This document shows positions 11,200-20,616 of a DNA stretch of 64,000 nt, piece after piece. Positions within the stretch are counted from its first letter, which is position 1, and every line of letters starts with the position of its first letter. The notes under the pieces were generated by a model that was given only the letters and a program-made list of their open reading frames with translations, did no database searches and had not been told where the DNA came from. The stretch spans positions 1 to 64,000 of the IMG/VR virus record IMGVR_UViG_3300034062_003925. The stretch is one strand, 5' to 3'. Source of the stretch: an uncultured virus (IMG/VR IMGVR_UViG_3300034062_003925) (lineage: Duplodnaviria > Heunggongvirae > Uroviricota > Caudoviricetes). A program made the position numbers and the translations under genes.

Positions 11200-14100
11200 T
11201 GGCAATTAAAAAATATACTTGTCCACCACAGTCTGCAACAGGAGCTGGTACTTTTTCTGACAATTTAGTTGGTTTACAACTTGTTGCGGGAGGAGGTCTT
11301 ACACAAGGTAATTTTGAGTTTACTACATCTACAAATGAAAAAACAAATAGAACTTTTAATACGGGGACTTTTTCTGAACCGATTAATTTAAATTCGTTAG
11401 GAATTGAATCTATTAATCAATCAAAAACTATTGTTGAAAATAATTTTAAGGTTTATCCTAATTTTGATTTAACACAGGTTACGAACTTTACAATGTATGG
11501 TTCTATGGTTAAAAGAATGTCGGCATCTATAACCACAATAATTAGTTATTTCCCGGGAGCGTTAGAATCGACTTTTATGGGAACAAATTATATTACAGGA
11601 CCTACGGCCAATAATATTTTATATAGTAAAACAAACAACGAGACAAGTTTTGATTTAGACTTATCAAGATTACGAAATCCTTTTGATATTGATTTTACCG
11701 TTAATTCGACAAGAAACTTACAATTAAAAGAAATTCAAGTATCTTCTTTACGAGATATGAGAGTAGAATATTTAAAATATTCACTTTACTATAAAGGTGT
11801 TGGTTATAATGTGGTCGGTATTGTGCCGACAACAAGTTTGACAAGTGGAACACTAAAGTTATATGTTTATGGTAATCCATTTTCAGGTAAGACATTTACC
11901 AATGATGATTTAGTAATACGACCAAACGATTTGGAGGTTAATAAAGTATTCAATGAGAATTTAGATGAGGTTGAAAATTTCTTATTAAATAGGAATGTGT
12001 CGCCAAAATATACTGCAACATTTAAAGTGCCAAAAGAAGCTGAGGACGGGAGTTATTATATTCAAAACACAAACATTTCTTGGCCTTTATATGGAGAATG
12101 GAATATTGATATTATAACAAAATCTTTTGAAACATATATCACAACGATAAATAATATTAGTGAATCTTTTGATTTATATAGAACAAATTTAGTATCAAGA
12201 TTTTTAACTACGGGTGCGTTTAAAGAATTTGATACTCCTGACCAAAAGGTTGAAAAAGTGTTACAAATTTACGGTAAAAGTTTTGACGATGTTAAGAAAT
12301 ACATCACCGCATTATCTTATATGACTTCGGTTAATTATAATGTTGGTAATGATATTCCATCACAATTACTTAAGAATCTTGCACAAACTCTTGGGTGGAA
12401 TATAAATATTTCACCAATATCCGAAACAGAATTATTAACCTCAGTATTTGGAACAACAAATAATAACGCTTCGGTTTATCCAGGTATTTCACAACAACAG
12501 ACTCCTGATGAATTAAATTACCAATACTATAGGAACTTGATTTTAAATTCCGCGTTTTTATTTAAATCAAAAGGAACAAGAAAATCAATTGAAATTTTAA
12601 TGAGATTAATTGGTGCTCCTGAGGCATTAGTTGAATTTAATGAGTATGTTTACCTTGCCGACCAAAAAATTAATTTATCACAATTTGATACCCAATTTGC
12701 CCAAATATCAGGAGGAACATATGTGCAACAAATCCCAATTTTAGAAGCGGGGAACATATTCTCAATTTTTGGACAAACCTATACAGGGTTTACAACAACT
12801 GGAGATATTCAAGACGTTAATATTACCCTTGATGAATATCCTATGGATGAATATGGTTACCCAACAACCCCTATTAACTCTGAGAGTTATTTTTTTCAAA
12901 TGGGTAGTGGATGGTTTGAGCAAACACCTCAACATAGGGCACCTGAAAATATTGACCTTACAAATAGTGTTTTTGTTGGTAATAACCCAAATTATCAAAC
13001 AGTATTGTTACCGTATTCGTATGGTCAAGAGTATTTGAATAGATATCGTAAGTTTCCGTTTATGGATTTGGGGTATACATTAAGGGAGACAATTGATAAT
13101 AATAAAAGTTGGGTTAATAATGAGATTGGTATTAGAACAAATCTTGATGGTAACTTTAACGCTAGGTATTATGTTTCAGATGAAAGATTAGTATTAAACG
13201 TTAAAAATGTGGATTTATTCTTAAATCCTGCTCAAGGAATTGCTTACGATATATGGTATATGTCTCAACAGTATAACTATCCAATACCTAATGAAGGGTT
13301 GAATTATGTGCCACCGACACCATGTGACCCAAAACCTTATAGTCCTTATCCAAGTAGAGGTGGGGTGGATTGGACCGAAATTAACCCTCAACCTAAAAGA
13401 AAAACTTTCTTTGAATTTGCCCAAACATTTTGGTTAAATACAATTAATGTTAGAAATAGACAATATTCGTCTAATGGTAAAACAGGTGGTTACCCTACTT
13501 TAGAATCTATTTTTTGGAGATACCTACAATCAAATGAGACCATTGGAATTCCAAACGATAATTTTACGTATAAAACTATGATGGAATATGTTAATGGTTT
13601 GGGTGATTATTGGATACGATTAGTTGAACAAATGGTTCCAGCAACAACAATTTGGAATACCGGAGTTAGACTTGAAAACTCAATCTTTCATAGACAAAAA
13701 TTTGTTTGGAGAAGACAAGAGGGGTGCCAATTAATAAAAATACCTTGTAAACCATGCTCAATCACTTCAGGTTTATTCTCGCATGATTGTCCATTAGAAA
13801 CTGTTGAGTGTCCTATTTATCCATGGACTAATCATCCAACTATAACGACTTTTAACGGAGTTTTAGGACAATTAATGACAAATTATTTAACAGCAAATGG
13901 TTATAATTTAAATGATTGTGATTTTAACGGAATGACTAGTGAATGGTTTGTTGATTTACAAATTGATAATGTAACGGTTGTAAAATATCCATTCTTTAAT
14001 GGTATTGGATATAGTAGCCCAATTTATAGTGTGCCAACAGGAACAACGTATAATGATGGTCTTTTAATTGCTTTAGAGAGTTTAAAAGATTACGGTTATG

Positions 14101-14219
14101 ATTATTATTTAACAACTACTGATACCGTAGTGTTATCTAATCAAGTGTGTACGGTGTCAGAACAAGGTATCAATTTTAAATTGAATATCGGAATAAACTT
14201 TAATATTTTATGTAATTAA
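11199..14219 (+). CDS. Baseplate wedge/tail protein with P2 gpI / T4 gp7-like segment (1006 aa)
   Basis: LKNLAQTLGW...LFKSKGTRKSIEILMRLIG resembles the L..LA...W / KGT...I motif of gpI-like wedge proteins. Confidence 0.55.
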   Translation: MAIKKYTCPPQSATGAGTFSDNLVGLQLVAGGGLTQGNFEFTTSTNEKTNRTFNTGTFSEPINLNSLGIESINQSKTIVENNFKVYPNFDLTQVTNFTMYGSMVKRMSASITTIISYFPGALESTFMGTNYITGPTANNILYSKTNNETSFDLDLSRLRNPFDIDFTVNSTRNLQLKEIQVSSLRDMRVEYLKYSLYYKGVGYNVVGIVPTTSLTSGTLKLYVYGNPFSGKTFTNDDLVIRPNDLEVNKVFNENLDEVENFLLNRNVSPKYTATFKVPKEAEDGSYYIQNTNISWPLYGEWNIDIITKSFETYITTINNISESFDLYRTNLVSRFLTTGAFKEFDTPDQKVEKVLQIYGKSFDDVKKYITALSYMTSVNYNVGNDIPSQLLKNLAQTLGWNINISPISETELLTSVFGTTNNNASVYPGISQQQTPDELNYQYYRNLILNSAFLFKSKGTRKSIEILMRLIGAPEALVEFNEYVYLADQKINLSQFDTQFAQISGGTYVQQIPILEAGNIFSIFGQTYTGFTTTGDIQDVNITLDEYPMDEYGYPTTPINSESYFFQMGSGWFEQTPQHRAPENIDLTNSVFVGNNPNYQTVLLPYSYGQEYLNRYRKFPFMDLGYTLRETIDNNKSWVNNEIGIRTNLDGNFNARYYVSDERLVLNVKNVDLFLNPAQGIAYDIWYMSQQYNYPIPNEGLNYVPPTPCDPKPYSPYPSRGGVDWTEINPQPKRKTFFEFAQTFWLNTINVRNRQYSSNGKTGGYPTLESIFWRYLQSNETIGIPNDNFTYKTMMEYVNGLGDYWIRLVEQMVPATTIWNTGVRLENSIFHRQKFVWRRQEGCQLIKIPCKPCSITSGLFSHDCPLETVECPIYPWTNHPTITTFNGVLGQLMTNYLTANGYNLNDCDFNGMTSEWFVDLQIDNVTVVKYPFFNGIGYSSPIYSVPTGTTYNDGLLIALESLKDYGYDYYLTTTDTVVLSNQVCTVSEQGINFKLNIGINFNILCN

Positions 14220-17200
14220 TGTCGTGTCTTTTATCATATACTATAAGCATAACAGGTGACTGTTTAAATGATTTATCAGGAGCGTTTAGTCTTGATATCT
14301 TGGGAAGTGCTCCTGACTATACAATACAGTGGATTAGCCCTTATACGGGGACTACATCATTAGGGGTTGGAATAGTTAATTACTCTGAAACAGGGTTATC
14401 AGGAGGAACATATACGTTTAAGATTATTGATAGTTGTTCACCGGCAAATACTGTCTTACCCGTCAATGTTTATATTTCAACAGGAACGTGTGTTAGTATT
14501 GTGAGTCAACAAAATACTTTATGTGGATTAAACAATGGTTCTGTTACCGCAACAACATCTAACTTATATGGAACAGGTAGTTTTTATTTATATGAAATGT
14601 CTGATGGGTATATTACTTCAGGTATTACTTTAAGTTCTTCATATGGTTTTGGAAGTTTATCGGCAGGAACTTATTATGTGGTGGCAAATGACGGTGGTGG
14701 ATGCACAGGTAAATCTGAGACATGTATTATTAAAGATTCATTACCACTTGAAATTGGTTTATACACCGTAAATGATGCGGGTTGTGCGGTTAATTCAGGT
14801 TCTATACATATAACAGGATTAACAGGAACGCCACCTTATACTTATCTATGGTCACCAGGTGGCCAAACAACTCAATCAATAACAGGATTAACCGCGGGAC
14901 CATATATTGTCACAGTAACCGATGGTTCGGGATGTGTGCAAAGTAGTGGAGTAACTGTAACAACAGTTCCTAATGTCGGATTGGGTGCTTTCACGGTTGA
15001 AAGTCCATCTTGTTTTTCTGCCGATGGAGAAGTGACAATAACAATAACAGGTGGAACTGCTCCATATTATTATTCAGGTTCTAATGGGACAGTTGCGGTT
15101 AGTTTTGCAACAACATATACTTTTACGGGATTATCTTCAGGTGTGTTTAGTGTACAAGTAACTGATGCGGGGTTATGTAATTTTACATCATCCACATCAT
15201 TATTAACTCCAGGAGGACTTTCGGTGACCTCGGTCAATATAACTAATTCGGCGTGTAACAATACTTCAGGTAAAATACAAGTAACCATTTTTGGAGGTTC
15301 TGCACCATATACATATACTTTAACAGATTCGTTAGGTAATTCAACAGTAATAACAGGTAGTTTTACTTCATGGACATTTAATGGTTTGTCTTCGGGTAAT
15401 TATACTCTAACAATATCTGATATGGGGCCATGCGTTTTTACACATGCCTATACCATTAATAATGTTGAGTTATTTACGTTATCGGTTGAGACCACTGGTA
15501 CAACTTGTAATTTAAGTGATGGTGCGGTTACTTTGAATATTACTTCAGGAGGAACGGGACCTTATAATTATGAAATTGATGGACAATTTACAATTATAAG
15601 TGATTTATCTTACACATTTACTGATTTACCTTCAGGTAATTATACTGCGACAGTTACCGATAATAATGGTTGTGCGCAAATACTACCATTCACGATAAAC
15701 AACTCAAGTACAGTTGATTTTGTGTTAGTTGGAGGAGACTCTACGGATGGGACTAATGGAACTATCGATACTTTTATTACAAGTGGAGAACCTCCATTTA
15801 TTTTAAATTGGAGTTCAAATGTTAATGGACAAACAGGATTAACAATTAATTCTTTATCCGCAGGAACATATACTCTAACCGTTATTGATGATAATGGGTG
15901 TGTTCAAACAAGAGACATTATAATTAATGGATTCAACGTGATATCTACTTACCAAACATTCAATATTTGTGATGAAGATTTTATGAATACGGGACAAACC
16001 GTTAGAAAAGGTCCTCAACAAATGTTAACTGAAGGATTTTACGATTTAACTAGCGGTGATACTAATTGTTTATTACAACAAACAATATTTTATGCCGAAG
16101 TGACGGTTAGTGGTAATACTCAGACTCAACCTTTTTATACGGGAACAACATTAAATGACTATCCTTTAGATAGTTTGTTTTACGATGTGGTTAAAGAAAT
16201 TTTATTATCTTATGAAGGTGTTGGAGAAGTTCTTTTAGATTATTTAAACAACATAATAACTATCGACACTAACTGTAATTCAAATGTATCGTTAATTGAT
16301 GTGGATGTTAAAATTGACTTAAAAATATCTTACGATATTGATTGTCAAAGTTGTGGGTTACCAACTCCAACTCCAACTCCAACTCCAACTCTAACTCCAA
16401 CACCAACACCAACACCAACTCTAGCAACATTACCAACAGTTACTACTGATGGATATGCAAATTTAGGTAATGGTAGTGCTCAAATAACAGGAACGATAGT
16501 GAGTAATGGAGGGTCAACAATAACCCAAAGAGGTATTGTTTGGGGCACTTCTCCAAATCCTACTATTGCTAATAATATAGTATCTGATGGTTCAGGTAAT
16601 CCTGACGCATTAGGACAATTCATACACACCTATATCATACCGAACCCACATATTCCCGTATATGTAAGAATATATGCTACTAATGCGGTTGGTACATCGT
16701 ATGGTGCTCAAGTTAGTTTTACTATGCCTTGTTTTATTAAAGGAACCAAAATAACTCTAGCAAGCGGACTTAAAAAGAACATAGAAGATATATCTTATGA
16801 AGATTCTCTTTTAGTGTGGAACTTTGATGAAGGAAGATTTGATTCTGCGACCCCTCTTTGGATAATGACTCCAGTACTTACTCAATACGTAAATATTCTC
16901 TTTAGTGATGGTTCAAAACTTGGAATATCCGGACATTTAAATCATGACGGAGGTCACCGTATCTTTAACTTAGATAAGGGAGAATTTACTTACGCCATAC
17001 CTAACGAACATAGCCCTATAGGAACTCGTACATTTAATGATAAAGGAAACATAGTAACAATAGTAGGTAAAGAAGAATCTACCGAGGTTGAAGAAATTTA
17101 TAACGTAGTAACAAACCGTCATCTTAATATATTTGCAGAAGGTATTCTTACTTCACGAAGATTAAATAATCTTTACCCTATCGCGGATATGAAGTTTATT

Positions 17201-17404
17201 AAAGACGAAAGGTCTATTACTTCAATAGAAGAATTTAAAGGTGTTCCTGTTGAATACTATGAAGGTTTAAGATTAGGTGAACAACCACTAGCAACTAACT
17301 CAGAAGGATTCTTAGTAAAAACACCAAAAGAATTGGCCTATACTCTTCCTACTGTCGGTGAGTTAACACAATGGACTGTGGAATTTATAAAGAAAAAGTT
17401 GTAA
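14219..17404 (+). CDS. SprB-repeat adhesin/tail-fibre-like protein with PT linker, FN3-like domain and C-terminal Hint domain
   Basis: Repeated G.I.I...GGT.PY.Y.W / L.AG.Y.V.V.D..GC units (SprB-like), then (PT)n, then PTVTT...GG..IT.RG..W...YVRIYATN..GT.YG, then CFIKGTKI...NIFAEGILTS. Confidence 0.75.
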   Translation: MSCLLSYTISITGDCLNDLSGAFSLDILGSAPDYTIQWISPYTGTTSLGVGIVNYSETGLSGGTYTFKIIDSCSPANTVLPVNVYISTGTCVSIVSQQNTLCGLNNGSVTATTSNLYGTGSFYLYEMSDGYITSGITLSSSYGFGSLSAGTYYVVANDGGGCTGKSETCIIKDSLPLEIGLYTVNDAGCAVNSGSIHITGLTGTPPYTYLWSPGGQTTQSITGLTAGPYIVTVTDGSGCVQSSGVTVTTVPNVGLGAFTVESPSCFSADGEVTITITGGTAPYYYSGSNGTVAVSFATTYTFTGLSSGVFSVQVTDAGLCNFTSSTSLLTPGGLSVTSVNITNSACNNTSGKIQVTIFGGSAPYTYTLTDSLGNSTVITGSFTSWTFNGLSSGNYTLTISDMGPCVFTHAYTINNVELFTLSVETTGTTCNLSDGAVTLNITSGGTGPYNYEIDGQFTIISDLSYTFTDLPSGNYTATVTDNNGCAQILPFTINNSSTVDFVLVGGDSTDGTNGTIDTFITSGEPPFILNWSSNVNGQTGLTINSLSAGTYTLTVIDDNGCVQTRDIIINGFNVISTYQTFNICDEDFMNTGQTVRKGPQQMLTEGFYDLTSGDTNCLLQQTIFYAEVTVSGNTQTQPFYTGTTLNDYPLDSLFYDVVKEILLSYEGVGEVLLDYLNNIITIDTNCNSNVSLIDVDVKIDLKISYDIDCQSCGLPTPTPTPTPTLTPTPTPTPTLATLPTVTTDGYANLGNGSAQITGTIVSNGGSTITQRGIVWGTSPNPTIANNIVSDGSGNPDALGQFIHTYIIPNPHIPVYVRIYATNAVGTSYGAQVSFTMPCFIKGTKITLASGLKKNIEDISYEDSLLVWNFDEGRFDSATPLWIMTPVLTQYVNILFSDGSKLGISGHLNHDGGHRIFNLDKGEFTYAIPNEHSPIGTRTFNDKGNIVTIVGKEESTEVEEIYNVVTNRHLNIFAEGILTSRRLNNLYPIADMKFIKDERSITSIEEFKGVPVEYYEGLRLGEQPLATNSEGFLVKTPKELAYTLPTVGELTQWTVEFIKKKL
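16361..16420 (+). repeat. 6-bp tandem repeat CCAACT/CCAACA encoding a (Pro-Thr)n linker
   Basis: ccaactccaactccaactccaactccaactctaactccaacaccaacaccaacaccaact seen directly. Confidence 0.95.
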
Positions 17405-17411
17405 CTTACTC

Positions 17412-17894
17412 ATGAAAATTCTCTTTCTTGACCATCAAGGAGTAATATACTTAGGGAAAGCGATTTGGCCAGATGGTAAACCAATACTCTTAGATTTTGA
17501 CCAAGGGGCGGTTAGTATTCTTAATGAAATAATAAGAGAGGTGGATTGTGAAATAGTTATCTCTTCTGATTGGAAAACGTGGGCAGATTTACCTAAAATG
17601 AAATCCTTTTATATTAAACAGGGAATAATAAAATCTCCAATCGGATATACGCCAATAACTAATATTAAGTATTTAGACGATATTGCTTATTTAAGAGCTA
17701 AGGAGATAAAAAAGTGGTTAGATTCTACAGGGAATATTACATCTTGGGTTGCAATAGACGACCTTGATATGGGAAAACATCTATCAAACTTTGTTTGGAT
17801 TGAGGATTCAAAAAAGGGTATAAAGGAGGAAGGAATAAAGAAAAGGATAATAGATTATTTATATAAATTCACCGAAACCCCCGGACATCTTTAG
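17412..17894 (+). CDS. HAD-superfamily protein (HAD_SAK_2 / RNA-repair-associated type)
   Basis: KILFLDHQGV (motif I, second Asp replaced by Gln), IVISSDW and WVAIDDLDM. Confidence 0.75.
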   Translation: MKILFLDHQGVIYLGKAIWPDGKPILLDFDQGAVSILNEIIREVDCEIVISSDWKTWADLPKMKSFYIKQGIIKSPIGYTPITNIKYLDDIAYLRAKEIKKWLDSTGNITSWVAIDDLDMGKHLSNFVWIEDSKKGIKEEGIKKRIIDYLYKFTETPGHL

Positions 17895-17917
17895 TGGTTG
17901 GGATGAAAGGTGAGTGA
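17868..17917. mobile_element. Orphan IS200/IS605/IS607-like terminal hairpin remnant
   Basis: GC-rich island ttcaccgaaacccccggacatctttagtggttgggatgaaaggtgag with tcacc/ggtga flanks and a CTTTAG-centred inner palindrome, resembling subterminal hairpins of TnpB-associated IS elements. No transposase is in the window. Confidence 0.4.
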
Positions 17918-17918
17918 T

Positions 17919-17937
17919 ATAACCCCCAAAGGGTTAT
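17919..17937. terminator. Hairpin between convergent genes
   Basis: (a)taaccc-ccaaa-gggtta(t) followed by a T-rich tract. Confidence 0.5.
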
Positions 17938-18107
17938 TTGATTTGTTTTTTACTTAAATTACCATAAAGTCTCATTAGTTTAAGGGACTCTTTATAGTTT
18001 TTTTCTAATCTATCTAATTCTTTTTCGCTAACCCCTTTTTCAGCTGCTTCATCAAAAGCTCTTTGAGATTCAACAACTAATTTAGAAATTGTTTTAAGTA
18101 GTTTCAT
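17934..18107 (-). CDS. Small protein (57 aa) missed by the ORF track, putative late/virion protein
   Basis: Translates MKLLKTISKLVVESQRAFDEAAEKGVSEKELDRLEKNYKESLKLMRLYGNLSKKQIK*. A TATTTAT motif lies 5 nt upstream of the ATG on the minus strand. Confidence 0.7.
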   Translation of the reverse strand: MKLLKTISKLVVESQRAFDEAAEKGVSEKELDRLEKNYKESLKLMRLYGNLSKKQIK

Positions 18108-18178
18108 ATCTAATAAATATATACCAACACACCATTTATTAAAATTTAATGTTTAATATATTTAAAACAAACTCTATT

Positions 18179-19159
18179 ATGACTCAAGATTTAGTATTTG
18201 TAACCGCACAACCTGATGTCCCATATTTTCATTGGCAAGTCAAAGTATATTCATACAATTTTATAGAAATGGGTATCGACCCTAGTCAAATCCATGTAAT
18301 TTTTGCAATGGTTAATGGTAATACAGAACCAACAAAAGAATCTTTAGAACTTAAATCTATGGGAATTAATGTTCACCATTATTTAGATGCTCGACATCAA
18401 AAACATTACATCCCGAACATTAAACCATTTTTAATTTATAAATGGTTAGAACAATTTCCTGAATTTGGAAAATGTTTTTTCTTACATGATGCGGACATTA
18501 TTTTTAGGGAACTACCTGACTTCGAAAGTTTGTTATCTGACGATATAACCTATTTATCCGACACTGTCGGATACATTGGTTACAACTACATTAATGACTG
18601 TTGTATTCGATACGAGAAACATCACCCGACCTCTGATAAGGGACAATTGATTCAAGAGATGGTGGATGTTGTTGGAGTATCGGTTGATTGTGTTAAATGT
18701 AATCAAGAAAACTCAGGTGGAGGTCAATATATTATAAAAAACACTGATTCGTTTATATGGAATAAAATTTATGAAGATTGCACTCCATTATATGACCAAA
18801 TGATGAGTTACCAAAAAAGATTCCCAATAAGTCCGGGAGAGATACAGTTTTGGACTGCTGAGATGTGGTCTTTATTGTGGAATCTTTGGTACTTTGGGAT
18901 TGAAACAAAAATAACAAATGAATTGGGGTTTTCTTGGGCAACTGATAATGTTAATATTTATGAGAAACAACCCATATTACATATGGCGGGAGTAACTCAC
19001 GATTTAAAGGGCTCCAAGTTCTATAAGGGAGAGTTCATCAACGTCAATCCTTTAAATAAATTAAAAGAAGATATGAATTATTTTGATTTTGTTGATACTA
19101 ATAGTTCAACAATAAAATACGTTGAGATAATGAAAAGGATTGTAAAAAATCAATTGTAA
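18179..19159 (+). CDS. GT-A glycosyltransferase resembling plant protein O-glycosyltransferases (HPAT/GT95, SERGT1/GT96)
   Basis: Motifs YFHWQV, PNIKPFLIYKWL, FFLHDADIIFR (DxD) and WTAEMWS parallel YFDWQT, INKPAGVVHWL, ILDADMIIR and WISEMYG of that family as I recall it. The likely start is Met at 18179. Confidence 0.65.
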   Translation: MTQDLVFVTAQPDVPYFHWQVKVYSYNFIEMGIDPSQIHVIFAMVNGNTEPTKESLELKSMGINVHHYLDARHQKHYIPNIKPFLIYKWLEQFPEFGKCFFLHDADIIFRELPDFESLLSDDITYLSDTVGYIGYNYINDCCIRYEKHHPTSDKGQLIQEMVDVVGVSVDCVKCNQENSGGGQYIIKNTDSFIWNKIYEDCTPLYDQMMSYQKRFPISPGEIQFWTAEMWSLLWNLWYFGIETKITNELGFSWATDNVNIYEKQPILHMAGVTHDLKGSKFYKGEFINVNPLNKLKEDMNYFDFVDTNSSTIKYVEIMKRIVKNQL

Positions 19160-19174
19160 ATGTATTTATCGTAA

Positions 19175-20590
19175 ATGAGTAATAAGTCCCCATATAAAAT
19201 GACTGGTGAAACATCTTGTCTAACAACAGGTGTTAACGATTGTAATGTTATCACATTATTTCAAATGGGTGTTGAATGTAACGTATCACACCCAACATTA
19301 CCCGAATCGACTGACGGAATAGCTTCGTTAACAATAACAGGTGGGACTCCTCCATATACTATTATTTGGTTGAATGGGGGAATTGGTCCGATTATTTATA
19401 ATTTAAGTGCGGGGTCATACGGAGCAACGGTTGTAGATTATTACGGAGATTTTACGGCAAATACGACATGTATTTTGACAGGAGTAACCCCAACTACAAC
19501 TACAACAAGTACTAGTACAACTTCACCATATCCTAATGAATACGAATTATGTATGGTTACAAACATGTTAGTACAAGGGGTTTATGTGGAAACACAAACA
19601 CATTTTAACCCAAATGGAATTTATGATGGAAAACCGGCATGGATTTCTGACGACAGTCAACAAGCAATAATTTGGGATACATCTCAATCACAATGGTTAG
19701 TGTCCGCTGCAACACCAACTCTATATGTGATATCGAATTTAAATCCGACATATCCACCGATTTACGGTAGTTGGTTCCTAATTGGTAATACGGGTAGCGT
19801 TATTGTTTATGAAGGTCTTTGTCAATCATTACCTGTTGAAGGTAAACTTAAACTTGGAGAAGGAATTACTCCGTTAACTATGAATGTGACCAAAAATCAA
19901 ACTATTTGTGGATGTGATGGAGGGATTACAATAACTGCAAATGGGGGTACACCACCGTATACGTATTCTATAGATGCAGGATTGACATATAAAAATATGC
20001 CAATTTTTAATAATTTATGTTCTGGGACGTATAATGTTCTTGTTGTTGATGATAGTGGAATTATTACTAGTTCAAGTATTATTCTTAACTCACCATCAAA
20101 ACCTACAACATATAATGTTAGTTTAAATACAACATCAAAAACAGTTGAAATATCAAATAATAGTGTTACAAAACAATATGAGACGACTATTAAAATAACC
20201 CCACCACTACCTGACGGAGTGTCTTTAACGTTTAATATTACTCATTTAAATGTTTCAAAATCATCACCAAATTCAGAATCGGCAACATTTCAAAGTGATA
20301 GTGATTTAGTTATAAACGGAGATTCTCTTGAACCAATTGTGGGGTTTGATGAGTCAGAAACAAAAAGTATAATACCTGGGTGTCAATCAAATGATGTTTA
20401 TGTTTATTCAAATTCAGAACAATGGACTCAAGTCATTATCACTAACGCGGATATTTTAAGTTTAACTACAATAACTTCTGTAACAAAAAATGAATCAATT
20501 AATTGTTATATTGGGACGAGCGATGAAAAATATTCAATAACGAATTTAAAATTATCAGGTTGTAATTGTTGTACCGTAATTACTACATAA
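19175..20590 (+). CDS. SprB-repeat, Thr-rich, Cys-rich putative tail fibre/adhesin
   Basis: ITGGTPPYTIIW and ANGGTPPYTYSID SprB-like units, a PTTTTTSTSTTSP tract, and a C-terminal CNCC. Confidence 0.65.
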   Translation: MSNKSPYKMTGETSCLTTGVNDCNVITLFQMGVECNVSHPTLPESTDGIASLTITGGTPPYTIIWLNGGIGPIIYNLSAGSYGATVVDYYGDFTANTTCILTGVTPTTTTTSTSTTSPYPNEYELCMVTNMLVQGVYVETQTHFNPNGIYDGKPAWISDDSQQAIIWDTSQSQWLVSAATPTLYVISNLNPTYPPIYGSWFLIGNTGSVIVYEGLCQSLPVEGKLKLGEGITPLTMNVTKNQTICGCDGGITITANGGTPPYTYSIDAGLTYKNMPIFNNLCSGTYNVLVVDDSGIITSSSIILNSPSKPTTYNVSLNTTSKTVEISNNSVTKQYETTIKITPPLPDGVSLTFNITHLNVSKSSPNSESATFQSDSDLVINGDSLEPIVGFDESETKSIIPGCQSNDVYVYSNSEQWTQVIITNADILSLTTITSVTKNESINCYIGTSDEKYSITNLKLSGCNCCTVITT

Positions 20591-20616
20591 AAAAGAAATA
20601 TACATATTTATAGTCA

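Noticed and set aside
16730..17155. Canonical self-splicing intein
   Set aside because: It lacks the C-terminal His-Asn + Cys/Ser/Thr junction (it reads GILTSRR) and has no endonuclease insert, so it is treated as a non-splicing Hint domain.
17868..17917. Intact IS element or riboswitch
   Set aside because: No transposase/TnpB ORF or second end is visible, and it lies downstream of convergent genes. It is kept only as a low-confidence remnant.
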